Source: Oikopleura dioica (taxonomy: Eukaryota; Animalia; Chordata). From it: DNA of 64,000 nucleotides. The notes under the pieces were generated by a model that searched no databases, was not told the origin of the DNA, and saw only the letters and a list, made by a program, of their open reading frames with translations. The position numbers were made by a program, and so were the translations under genes. The DNA is taken from assembly GCA_907165135.1 (NCBI GenBank), contig OU015568.1, positions 4,092,001 through 4,156,000 on the forward strand, read 5' to 3'. Shown here piece after piece: positions 1 to 11,600 of the stretch (the stretch's first letter is position 1; each line of letters starts with the position of its first letter).

Positions 1-188
1 CGACTCTGAAAAGCTCAAGAATAAATTTATTTATTCCTTTTTTATCCAAAATTAGCATTTAACATCAATGAAACGAGCTTTTCTTAGCTTTAAATTGAAA
101 AAAAAAATTTTTTCAAACCGGATATTTAAAAAGTTTCTTTCTTTTCACTTATTCACTTGAAATTGCATATTCTAACATTCAGTTCTAG

Positions 189-905
189 CGCGAATCGGAA
201 TCCGACGAGCTCGAGCGGATCCAGCTTCACGGGAGCGAGACGGACGCGCCAATGTTGGCTGACCACCAAGTCGTCCCTGGATCCGAATCGCGACTCTCTG
301 ACCTGCTCGTTGGCCTGCCCGGGCAAGCAGTTCCCCTTGATCTTGGCAAAAGGCGTTCAAGGTACCTCCTTGTCTTTAATTCTCCTATCTCATTGCGATA
401 TTTAGAGCGACAAACTGGATAAATTACCGCGCGGCGTGGCTGGCGAAGGTGCCGCAACGGCCAAAGCCAAAGAACATGTCGAATTCAGCACGCTAGCCGA
501 ATCCTTTCCATGGAACGATTTTGGGATGGGCGCCTATGCTACTGGAAACAAATCGAATGATGATAATGAACAGTCTGTTCCAGAAGTCGACCCAGGTAAA
601 AATTTGACTTTCAGGGCCGTTTTCGTGTGTTTTTGTCAGTTTTTTCTTTTACATTTTTGAAGAATTAATCTTTGGAACTTTCATTTTCGAGTCAGATTGC
701 TCATTTTCCGAGCGAAAATGTCAACCGCCCGTAGAATCATTTTAACAGTCTGATAACTGGTTACCAAGTTATTGCCATTGCGGTTTTTCCACACCCCGAC
801 TCGGTGCCATATGAAACTTTTGCTAACACGCTTTATCGGCAGCCGCGGCAGCCGCCGGGGTGGCACTCGTTGAATGAGCTTCGAATCCATAAATTGGGCT
901 TGTAA
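189..905 (+). CDS. 3' exons of a spliced gene of unknown product (5' part probably upstream of the window)
   Basis: Coding-like blocks separated by short GT-AG introns (e.g. ag|gtacc at ~361, ag|gtaaa at ~596). The last exon reads LITGYQVIAIAVFPHPDSVPYETF...ELRIHKLGL and stops at 903-905. Phases of the middle exons are ambiguous. Confidence 0.4.
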
Positions 906-2414
906 AAATTCCGAGACATTGAGGGGATATTGATATGCTTATCAGAGAAGAGGGCGACATCCTCTTTTCTTCTCTTCAAATTCGTCTGACAGGATATTGC
1001 CTGGACATATCAGAAGGTGATACAAGCAGACGAGGGAAGCAGGTGTATTTGATTTTTTCACAAGACGAAATAGAGATAGAGACGCGAGTAAACAACGAAA
1101 CATGTATAAGCTGGAAAAGATTGTCTCGAATAGGGATGGGTTTTCAAGCGACGTTCCCTTAATTTTCGAGGTTTTTTTTTCGAAGGTAGTCTTCGTTGAT
1201 TTCTGTGTTGAAAATCGCTGAATTTTCGGGTAATAAATTCCTCGAAAGTTCAGAAAATCCCGTTCTCTAGTCATATCCGCTTTCGAAAGTGGAAACCCAT
1301 CACAAAGTCTTTCTTTGCTTGAAGCTCGCCGTAAGTCGCTTCCCATGGGCCGCGCTATGTTGCCCGGAAAAAAAGGTCACATGTCGCCTGTGACATGAAG
1401 AGGAAGGAAATCATAAAAAGCGCCATTTCCGGCCGCCGCGCAGTATTTTTCGTACCTTGTTAAAGAGTAAAAAGATCGAAAGAGGGGCATCGCGGTGAAA
1501 TCTCTGATCTTTAGGGTTATAAAAGCCGCGCTATGGGGCAAGATAATTGAATTATTATCTGAGAAAAATTTTTATTCTCAGATCTTTTCTACAAAACTAA
1601 TGATTTTTAAATTTTAATCCATTGGTTTTCGCAATGTACTGTTTTGCCAATACAATGATCTTGAAGACATCTATTTCTTGAACCACAATATTCTGAAATC
1701 TCTGATATTTCGGTAGCTATTCTGACTCGGCTTTTCAAGATAACTTAGACCTAACCCTAACCTAAAGCTGAACCCTTCTTGATGAAAATAAGAAGATATT
1801 TTTAATAATGGAAAGAATACCATTCATATTTCTTGAAGTCATAAAAAACTCCTTGAAAGTAGCTTTCGGGAAGTCATAAAATAGTTCCCCACTTCCGCCG
1901 CGGCACACGCACTTTGATCCATCTTCTTCCGCAATTATCGCGTCTTCTTTCTCAAATTACCGTTTTTGATTCTTATGATTTTATTGGACCCTGATTTCTT
2001 GTAATAAATCCGGTTATTCTTCCCCTAATACGAGGAGTGAGAATTTCCTCCCTACTGCGCCATAAAGATTTTTCTGTAAAAACAATGATTTAAAAAACGA
2101 CTAGGAAAGCTTCATTCTTTTAAAATACGGCGCTCTTGAAGCTCTTTTCTATCTCAAATTGTCCATGGAAGTAGTAACCCGGATCGGAAGTCTCGGAGAA
2201 TTGTGCTCCGCAGTGTTTCCTTTCGCCAATAGTGCTCAATTTTTTTATCTCTTCTCATAGCATTCTTCTGAGGGCCTCGTGGCAGGCGCGGGTTAAAATT
2301 TTATAAATCACGTAGCACCACTAGTCTGCTAACAAACTGACATTGACACACGGGGAACAACGGCACTTGAACATTTTTGCGGCGAGAGACAACAGCGACA
2401 AAACGATTTTTCAG

Positions 2415-4339
2415 GAATTCTCGAAGGACAGAGCGCCTCAGTAACCGACCTGTACAAGAGCGGAAGCACACCTGCCCTTAATTTAGCGAAAGCAGATGCC
2501 GATCAAGGGTCAGTCGCAAAGACGGAATCAAGCAAAGCACGGCCACCAAGTATCCCGCCATACATGAGCAACCCACTGGGAAATATGCCCTACGGGGCGT
2601 TGTCTGGAAACTTATGGAATGCTTATGGTAAGTCCGGAACCAAGCGAATATTCAATTTTTTAAAATCCTTTTTACAGGTCAAAAACAGCGGAAAACCTCT
2701 GAACGCTTCGAGCCGTACTCGCCCAAGCCCCGCGACATTCAGAACCTGGACACGCCACTCCACGCCCTTAGCCAACTCACCAACAACCTCAACCGCACTG
2801 CCGGCTCCCTGCGCAAATCCGAGCCCAATTCCGAAGTCAAGACCGTAAGTCCCCTTCTTTCTCTTCCTATCTTCACTTTGGACATCATCACTTTTTTCCT
2901 CGTTGTCTTATTATTTGCCAACAGCGCCACCACTTCAACGCGCGCTCGACCAATCACAGCGCTCAATTTCGGTCTCATAATTGTTCCAGATGTTGAAGAT
3001 ACCGTAGCTCAAGCTCAAGTTTAAGTTTCAAAGTCATAATAGATAAATTAAGGAGCCAATGCCCTTGGACTTGACAGACGCTTCAAAAGACCGGTCCAAA
3101 ACGCCAGGCACAAGCGGCCAATCCGGACCTTCCGCAAGCGCGGCACCGAGAAATGCATCGACGGGTTCAGCCCCGCGATCTGGCGAGGGCAATGAAGAGA
3201 AAAAAGACGATCCAGTTCCGGCGCACAAAAGAGGAGGAGTCCAACTCTGGCAGTTTTTGAGACAACTTCTCGACAATCCGGAAAAGCGGAATATCATCAC
3301 TTGGACGAGACAGGGACACGATGGGGAATTTAAACTTCTTGACCCAGAAGAAGTTGCAAGACTGTAAGTACCAGAGAACTCCATTTTCAAATGCTTGAAA
3401 TACAGGAAGGCAGAGATTTCAACTTTAAATTTTAGCTGGGGTTGTGAGAAAAAACGTCCAGCGATGAACTACGACAAATTGAGCCGGTCTATTCGGTAAG
3501 CAAAGTTCGCCATATCCAATTTTTTAACATAACTCTTCAGTTATTATTACGAAAAAGGGATCATGTCAAAAGTCCCCGGCGAGCGCTACGTCTACAAATT
3601 CCTCCCCGAAGCCATGAGCAGTCCAAATCCCCTCGTCGGATTCAACCACCCTGGTTTCCCCGATCCCAGCGGTCTTAACCCAAGTACGTCTCACTTCCCT
3701 CCTCTGACCTTGGGAGAATTAACGATCAAAAAACCTGCCCGGCCCGGCGGCCCCTAATCCGGCTGATAAAAAAATAGAGTCAGGCAGTTTTTAAGCCGGA
3801 GGAGGCCACTTCCTATTTCAATATTTGCGCGGAAAGAGAAAGTCCGCATCCCATCACTTATAGTTTCCACATGCCGACTCATTATTCACAATTCTAATCC
3901 GCCACTTCCTATTTTTTTACGATTACGTCACCACTAATTTACAACAAGACGATTTAGTGTATCTCTTTCTAGTGTGGCCCCTACCTCATCCAGCAGCAGC
4001 TGCTTCAGGCTTCAATCCAGGCTACGGCTTCCTCAACCCAACAGACTCTTTTTACGGTAAGGAGAAGCCCTCTATGCCTTTGTTCATCAAAGTTCTAGCC
4101 CAACAAATGAACCAGTACACGCACCTAGCGATGCAAAATCCTGACCACTTCAACCAAGCACTTCAACAAGTCCAGCAAATGGCCGGTTTTCCTCCCTCAA
4201 GCGCCCTCCAACAGGTAAAAACTCGGAAAATCAGACCTTCTCCGCCGAAATTTCTTTTACTAAATTTCATTTCTAGCTGCCGACATCGACCTACATGCCA
4301 AACTACAACCCCTCAGGGCACCCACCCTTCGACGGATAA
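2415..4339 (+). CDS. PEA3: ETS-domain transcription factor, PEA3 (ETV1/4/5) subfamily-like, multi-exon
   Basis: Spliced ETS domain GGVQLWQFLRQLL...EFKLLDPEEVARL|WGCEKKRPAMNYDKLSRSIR|YYYEKGIMSKVPGERYVYKF. The RYYYEKGIM.KV.GERYVYKF tail is characteristic of PEA3. Frame is open from the acceptor at 2414; first ATG is at 2564; the spliced stop is at 4337-4339. Confidence 0.9.
3805..3914. promoter_or_regulatory. Duplicated 14-mer GCCACTTCCTATTT containing an ETS site (AGGAAGT on minus) in the long intron 3684-3972 of the ETS gene
   Basis: Identical copies at 3805-3818 and 3901-3914 in a 289-nt intron, whereas most introns here are ~45 nt. Confidence 0.45.
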
Positions 4340-5285
4340 TTCAATATCGTAAAACCCTTATTGCGACGTAGTACGAGAAGAATTCTAGTACGAAATCAAC
4401 GAAAAACAAACATCCAAAGAAAAAATCTGCACAAAACAAAAACTATTTTTCCGAAATTTCGTTTTCTTGTCAATATTATTAATAACTTATTCTTGTGAAT
4501 TATAAAATATGAAATTGTCAAAAACTTGTATAAAACGTAGAAAACCCGTTTTTCGCGCTGCAAAAAGTTCAAATATTTTTAATTTCTAATATCAGCAGAA
4601 GGTCTCGTTCCGTTAAAAACAAATTATCTTTATCGAATTCTTTCTACTGCTTATTTCTCTCTCTTTTCTCGCCGATTAAAAACAACGAGGAGAAGTCTTC
4701 AAATTTGGCGAGATCCAAAAAAGTGCAAAATTTACTTTTGTGTGAGAAACTACCTCCTAATAAATTATGACAATAAATTTAATATTAAATTCTTGCTATA
4801 TTCTTGATCAATTTTGAGCAGAAATCACTGCATCCATTCACTAATTCATTGAGCATAAATTATGTTGCATAATTACGAAATATCGTAACAAATTCTAGAA
4901 TATGTTTTTGTATAAATTATACAGTATAATACAAAATCGTAAAAATAAATATAAGTTTCAATTTCGATAATCGAAGGTTAGTCGACAAAAATTAAAAGTT
5001 CTTCTGGATTTGGTGGTTTGGAGTTTCGCCAGGCTTTTCCCAACGATCTAGAGAATCTTTTCGAATGGCAAACTAAACCTAACTCTCTAGATTCCTCATA
5101 ACGCCGGCCTTTTTCTCACTTTCGAAACGTCGTTTTTTCCCGAGAGAAATCCTTGCCGTTTTAGATTTGATTTTTCGGCGATCCACTGTAAGTAACTGAA
5201 TAAATTTTTTAATCATCGGGATTGAACTCAAAAATATTTCCCGAAACTGCCTTGATATGCAAAGATCGAAAGTAATCGACTTATA

Positions 5286-8200
5286 GGTAGGCTCCACGCT
5301 TAAAAAACGCTCCATTTTTTAACACATGATATTCAGGGTTTTAACCTTGTAGACTGGTTAAATATGCTCCAAGGAACAAAAATTGTATTATGACAAAATT
5401 GTCAGGTCAGGTGATGACCAAGAAAAATCGCCCCAAAGTGTCGAAAATCGGCCAGTTTAAGTTTTTGGTCACATGACCCCTCCACACCCCACTTTTTCCA
5501 GGTTATTATATTTTCTGAAAGAGCTTTAAATGCTCTTTCAATTGATATTGGTCTCGACCCTGCCAATTGATATCTTAACCCTTTTTCCAAGGGTTGAAAG
5601 TATTAAAACACTGTTTTTTGTGAATTTCTTTTGAAAAAAAGTAAAATTTATCATAATAACATAAAACCCGGTTAAACATTCAATAATGCCCGGTTATGGT
5701 CGGATTCGGCCGGAGGACCCTTGGAGGACCCATGTGGTTGAAAACAAATTGGTGGAAGACTAATTTTTATAACCGAAGGGCCGTCTCAGCCCCGTCCCTT
5801 GATTTTTGAATTTAAGGGGCTTGACGGCCCTTCGGGCCGTCTCAGCCCCGTCCCTTGATTTTTGAATTTAAGGGGCTTGACGGCCCTTCGGGCCGTCTCA
5901 GCCCCGTCCCTTGATTTTTGAATTTAAGGGGCTTGACGGCCCTTCGGGCCGTCTCAGCCCCGTCCCTTGATTTTTGAATTTAAGGGGCTTGACGGCCCTT
6001 CGGGCCGTCTCAGCCCCGTCCCTTGATTTTTGAATTTAAGGAGCTTGACGGCCCTTCGGGCCGTCTCAGCCCCGTCCCTTGATTTTGAATTTAAGGGGCT
6101 TGACGGCCCTTCGGGCCGTCTCAGCCCCGTCCCTTGATTTTTGAATTTAAGGGGCTTGACGGCCCTTCGGGCCGTCTCAGCCCCGTCCCTTGATTTTTGA
6201 ATTTAAGGGGCTTGACGGCCCTTCGGGCCGTCTCAGCCCCGTCCCTTGATTTTTGAATTTAAGGGGCTTGACGGCCCTTCGGGCCGTCTCAGCCCCGTCC
6301 CTTGATTTTTGAATTTAAGGGGCTTGACGGCCCTTCGGGCCGTCTCAGCCCCGTCCCTTGATTTTTGAATTTAAGGGCTTGACGGCCCTTCGGGCCGTCT
6401 CAGCCCCGTCCCTTGATTTTTGAATTTAAGGGGCTTGACGGCCCTTCGGGCCGTCTCAGCCCCGTCCCTTGATTTTTGAATTTAAGGGGCTTGACGGCCC
6501 TTCGGGCCGTCTCAGCCCCGTCCCTTGATTTTTGAATTTAAGGGGCTTGACGGCCCTTCGGGCCGTCTCAGCCCCGTCCCTTGATTTTTGAATTTAAGGG
6601 GCTTGACGGCCCTTCGGGCCGTCTCAGCCCCGTCCCTTGATTTTTGAATTTAAGGGGCTTGACGGCCCTTCGGGCCGTCTCAGCCCCGTCCCTTGATTTT
6701 TGAATTTAAGGGGCTTGACGGCCCTTCGGGCCGTCTCAGCCCCGTCCCTTGATTTTTGAATTTAAGGGGCTTGACGGCCCTTCGGGCCGTCTCAGCCCCG
6801 TCCCTTGATTTTTGAATTTAAGGGGCTTGACGGCCCTTCGGGCCGTCTCAGCCCCGTCCCTTGATTTTGAATTTAAGGGGCTTGACGGCCCTTCGGGCCG
6901 TCTCAGCCCCGTCCCTTGATTTTTGAATTTAAGGGCTTGACGGCCCTTCGGGCCGTCTCAGCCCCGTCCCTTGATTTTTGAATTTAAGGGGCTTGACGGC
7001 CCTTCGGGCCGTCTCAGCCCCGTCCCTTGATTTTTGAATTTAAGGGGCTTGACGGCCCTTCGGGCCGTCTCAGCCCCGTCCCTTGATTTTTGAATTTAAG
7101 GGGCTTGACGGCCCTTCGGGCCGTCTCAGCCCCGTCCCTTGATTTTTGAATTTAAGGGGCTTGACGGCCCTTCGGGCCGTCTCAGCCCCGTCCCTTGATT
7201 TTTGAATTTAAGGGGCTTGACGGCCCTTCGGGCCGTCTCAGCCCCGTCCCTTGATTTTTGAATTTAAGGGGCTTGACGGCCCTTCGGGCCGTCTCAGCCC
7301 CGTCCCTTGATTTTTGAATTTAAGGGGCTTGACGGCCCTTCGGGCCGTCTCAGCCCCGTCCCTTGATTTTTGAATTTAAGGGGCTTGACGGCCCTTCGGG
7401 CCGTCTCAGCCCCGTCCCTTGATTTTTGAATTTAAGGGGCTTGACGGCCCTTCGGGCCGTCTCAGCCCCGTCCCTTGATTTTGAATTTAAGGGGCTTGAC
7501 GGCCCTTCGGGCCGTCTCAGCCCCGTCCCTTGATTTTTGAATTTAAGGGGCTTGACGGCCCTTCGGGCCGTCTCAGCCCCGTCCCTTGATTTTTGAATTT
7601 AAGGGGCTTGACGGCCCTTCGGGCCGTCTCAGCCCCGTCCCTTGATTTTTGAATTTAAGGGGCTTGACGGCCCTTCGGGCCGTCTCAGCCCCGTCCCTTG
7701 ATTTTTGAATTTAAGGGGCTTGACGGCCCTTCGGGCCGTCTCAGCCCCGTCCCTTGATTTTTGAATTTAAGGGGCTTGACGAAGGCTAGGAAAAGCCTGA
7801 GTTGATCATTCTCAGTTGCGTCCCCAACCCCACCCACCTCCATCTGATGTTAAAATTTATATTGTCCCTATTCTGAGTTTTTTTATGGTTTTTATTTTAT
7901 TTTTTTAAGTTTAGTTTACAGTCGTCAAATTATCTCAGGGCCCTGACGAAAGCTTCTTCTTAGGTCAAGACCCATAAAAATTAATTTTTTTCTGTTTTTT
8001 AATATCATTTTTATAACTTCAGAAAGCTTTTTAAAGAAAATGAAAATTTTCGATTTTCTTCTTCCAGCAGATTGTCTTCCATCAATGAGGTCCTCCAAGG
8101 GGTCCTCCAAGAGGTCCTCCGGCCATAACCGACCAAAAGTGGTTTATTTACAAAAAATATTCATAATTTTATGAAAATAGCCCCAATATTGTCCTTCATT

Positions 8201-8543
8201 AAAATTGTCACCAAAAACGCTGTTTTAAAACTTTCAACCCTTCAAAAAGGGTTGAGATATCAATTGGCAGGGTCGCGACCAATATCAATCGAAAGAACAT
8301 TAAAAGCGCTTTCAGAAAATATTATAACCTGGAAAAAGTGGGGTGTGGAGGGGGTCATGTGACCAAAAACTAAAAATAGCCGATTTTTGACACTTTAGGG
8401 CCAATTTTCACCCAATTCCCATCGAGATGAGATGTTCACGTAATGGAACTAAATGTTCCTTATAGTCATATAATTAATAATTTAGGGTCAAAACACGTGA
8501 TATCACGTGTTTTTCGACCCGATTTTTTAGCGTGGAGCCTACT
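5286..8543. mobile_element. Non-autonomous foldback/TIR element with ~480-bp diverged inverted arms, TA-flanked, carrying an internal satellite
   Basis: Arms ~5286-5760 and ~8070-8543 are reverse complements in blocks. The mirror ORFs 5402..5590(-) and 8171..8362(+) share KGLRYQLAGSRPISIER...ALSENIITWKKWGVEG. Ends are ta|GGTAGGCTCCACGCT and AGCGTGGAGCCTACT|ta. No transposase ORF. Confidence 0.8.
5775..7781. repeat. Tandem satellite, 56-bp unit, about 36 near-identical copies
   Basis: Unit GGGCCGTCTCAGCCCCGTCCCTTGATTTTTGAATTTAAGGGGCTTGACGGCCCTTC; the period is visible as a 4-nt shift per 60-nt line. Variants seen are single-base homopolymer deletions and one G>A at 6042. Confidence 0.98.
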
Positions 8544-8663
8544 TATAGGACTCATAGCTTTTTGCGAATTAAAAGAGGACGTTCTTTTAATAAGGTTATT
8601 ATTAGGCGACTCATCTCAGGTCCATCTGATCTTGGCCAAGTTCTAGAGAAGAACGGCCAAATC

Positions 8664-11600
8664 ATGGGGAGGATAAGGAGAAAAACCAAGCAGATTTCGG
8701 CACTTGGCGATTCTGTTGAAGAAATCATTGCTGGTTCAAGTTAGACATCCATGGGCTTTATTCTTCGAGATATTCTTACCAGGTTAGATATTTAAATACC
8801 CGCTGAGTCTAAAATCCGTGATTAAGGACCCCCCCGTCAGCTTTTTCTTCGAAAAATGGAAATTTTTAAAAACTCCATATTTTTGGTTCTTAATGCGTCC
8901 TTAGGTTAAACTTGCTTCAAAAAACATGATAAGAGAAATATTTGACCAAGAAAAATCAATTTTTATGCCAAAATTGAGGCAAATTCGTCAATTTTCGACG
9001 AAAAGTCCAATTTATAAATGCGATTTTGAAGGTGTTAGAGTCGAGATAGACCCCCAAAAAATGAAGCCTCAAAATCGTTTTTTGACCCGTAGAATCAATT
9101 TCCGGGGTCAAATTTTTAAAATTCCGAAATTTGATTTTTCGAAAAAGCTGACGGGGGTCCTTAAGTATTCTTCGGCTCTCTTTTTATTCTTGGTCGATAT
9201 TTTGGCGAGGCCGAAGTTAAGGCGCCTACAACCTGGGAAACCTTTGCTCCTCGTCAGCTTAATCCTATGAATATGATGAATCTCTGTCGATACCATGACT
9301 ATGGACTCCTCAACGAGGAACCAATGGAACTCGCCTACTCACCAGACTCACTGGCCGCAAAACAGGTCATGGATGAGGTCTTCAACGATCTTATATATAC
9401 CAACTGGAATTTCAGTAATCCGGCAACGTTCCTTAACCCCATTGTTACTCCGTTAATTTTGTGCCCTCCAACCGACATCTTTTTCAATTTCACAAATAAG
9501 ACAGAACAGCAGATTAGTGATTACACATCAACTTTCGTCGAAGTATCATGGTCTCTTCGGCCCTTCCTAAGTGAAGACGACCTAACGGAATTCATCAAAA
9601 CCTCCGAATCGGCAGATCAAATCTTCATGGCAGTTTCTTTTAATGAATCAACTTGGAATACCGATACTATTCCTGATTCTCTTGACTACAAAATCCGGCC
9701 ACAAGCAGTTCCACGCAGCGAGTTGGCGCAAGAAGGGATCAAAGCTGCTCTAGGCTGGAGAACACATACTCTTTATCCGATCATGAAAGAATTCGCTGGA
9801 CCAAGAGATGGATCTGATCCTTCCGGTGGATCGCCTTATTACCACGCTGAAGGGTTTATCTACTTACAGTACTTGGTCAACAACGCATTCAGCCGAGAGA
9901 AGACCTCTTCAGATTTCGGCCCAGTTGAAATGAAGCGATTCCCTTATCACGAATACACTCAAGATCCGCTGGCAAATGGCCTCCAGAATGACATCTCATT
10001 CATTGTTCTCATCACAACATTGTACCTGGCTTCTGGGACGGCAAAAACACTCGTCGTTGAAAAAGAAACTCGACTCAAGGAATACATGCTGATGATGGGA
10101 TTGAGCCGGAACACACTCTGGCTTTCGACATGGATCTTTTCATTGGCGAAATTCGTCATTACGGCCAGCACTTACACAGTTATTATGTTCTATCCTTTTA
10201 CCGATAATGGCGCAGTCTATTTGATTTCGAATTGGTATGTCTTCTTCGTCTTTCTTCTTTCATATGGAACAGCTCTCATCTCCTTTGGATTCTTCATGGC
10301 TTCTTTGTTCAGCAGCTCAACTTCTGCATCCATGGCCGCTGGTGGAATAACTTACTTGATGATGATCCCGAAAGATTTTTTGAAAATTCAACAGGCGGGG
10401 TACACTGCAAAGGTTCTTTTCTCAATCTTTCCACCTATCGCCATGTCCCTTGGTCTGGAAGCCGTGGCAAATTGGGAGATCGCAGGCGAAGGAGCATCTT
10501 TCTCGAATTTCTTCACTCCACTTTCAACCACGAACGAAATCAATGTCGGTACTCAAATGCTTATTCTTCTTTTTGACAGCGTCCTCTACTTCTTGCTGGG
10601 TCTCTACTTCGATACTATTCGCCCTGGACAGTGGGGAATTCCAAAACCTTGGAACTTTTTCTGCCTCCCTTCATACTGGAGTCCACCGAAGAAAAATCAA
10701 ATAAATGCTGACCAAGCCGAAACCACTAATCCCCTGGTCCAAAAACTACCTGCTGGAGAAATAAAAGAATCAGGATTCAGGCTACGAAATCTCGTCAAAG
10801 AATTTGAAGATAAAGGAAAGCCAGAACCGTTCAGAGCTGTTGACAATCTATCAATCGACGCGTACCAGAATGAAGTCACTGTCTTACTCGGACCAAATGG
10901 CGCAGGAAAATCAACGACAATTAATATGATGTCGGGAATGCTCGTTGCTGATTCTGGTTCATGCGAAGTTGGAGGATACAATATCAAAACGAATCCTTGG
11001 GCCGCCAGATCTAGTCTTGGTCTTTGTCCTCAGCATGACATCCTTATCGCTGAGCTTACTATTCGTGAGCATCTTATTTTCTTCGCTGAAATCAAAGGCT
11101 TCACGAATGCGCAAGCAAAGCTCGAAGCAAGTTCGCTAGTGCATGACATTCAGCTTGGCTTAAAGCAAGATGTTTATTCGACAAAGCTCTCCGGTGGTAT
11201 GAAACGAAAGCTCTCAATCGGTATCGCCCTCTGTGGTGGGTCCAAACATTTGATTCTCGACGAACCAAGCTCTGGAATCGACGTACGAGCGAGAAGAGAG
11301 CTCTGGAAGATCCTTGACAAATATCGACGAACGCATACAATGCTCTTATCAACTCATTACATGGACGAAGCAGAACAATTGGCTGATCGAATTATCATTA
11401 TGGCTAGAGGAAGCGTTCAATGCTCAGGAACCGTTCTTTTCCTAAAGCAGAAACTCGGCTCGGGGTATCATCTTACGATGAGTATGTCAGAATCTACCGA
11501 TTTCCCTTCTTTGGAAAGCACAATCCGAAATGTTTGCTCCGGTGCGTATGTCGAGAAAGTCTACGGGCAAGAATGCGACTTTATTTTGCCCTTCGAAGAT

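Noticed and set aside
942-1346. 134-aa minus-strand ORF (and + ORF 935..1162) as a gene
   Set aside because: No recognisable motif and no consistent splice model; a real small gene cannot be excluded.
5820-5845. C(UUCG)G extra-stable tetraloop in the satellite hairpin
   Set aside because: In that register the stem breaks after 2 bp (C-C mismatch); the real perfect stem closes a TTC triloop.
5775-7781. Regular palindromic repeat array as a CRISPR locus
   Set aside because: Units are contiguous and identical with no unique spacers, there are no cas genes, and the context is eukaryotic.
5402-8362. ORFs 5402..5590(-) and 8171..8362(+) as a duplicated protein gene
   Set aside because: They are mirror translations of the foldback arms, with no splice structure or recognisable domain.
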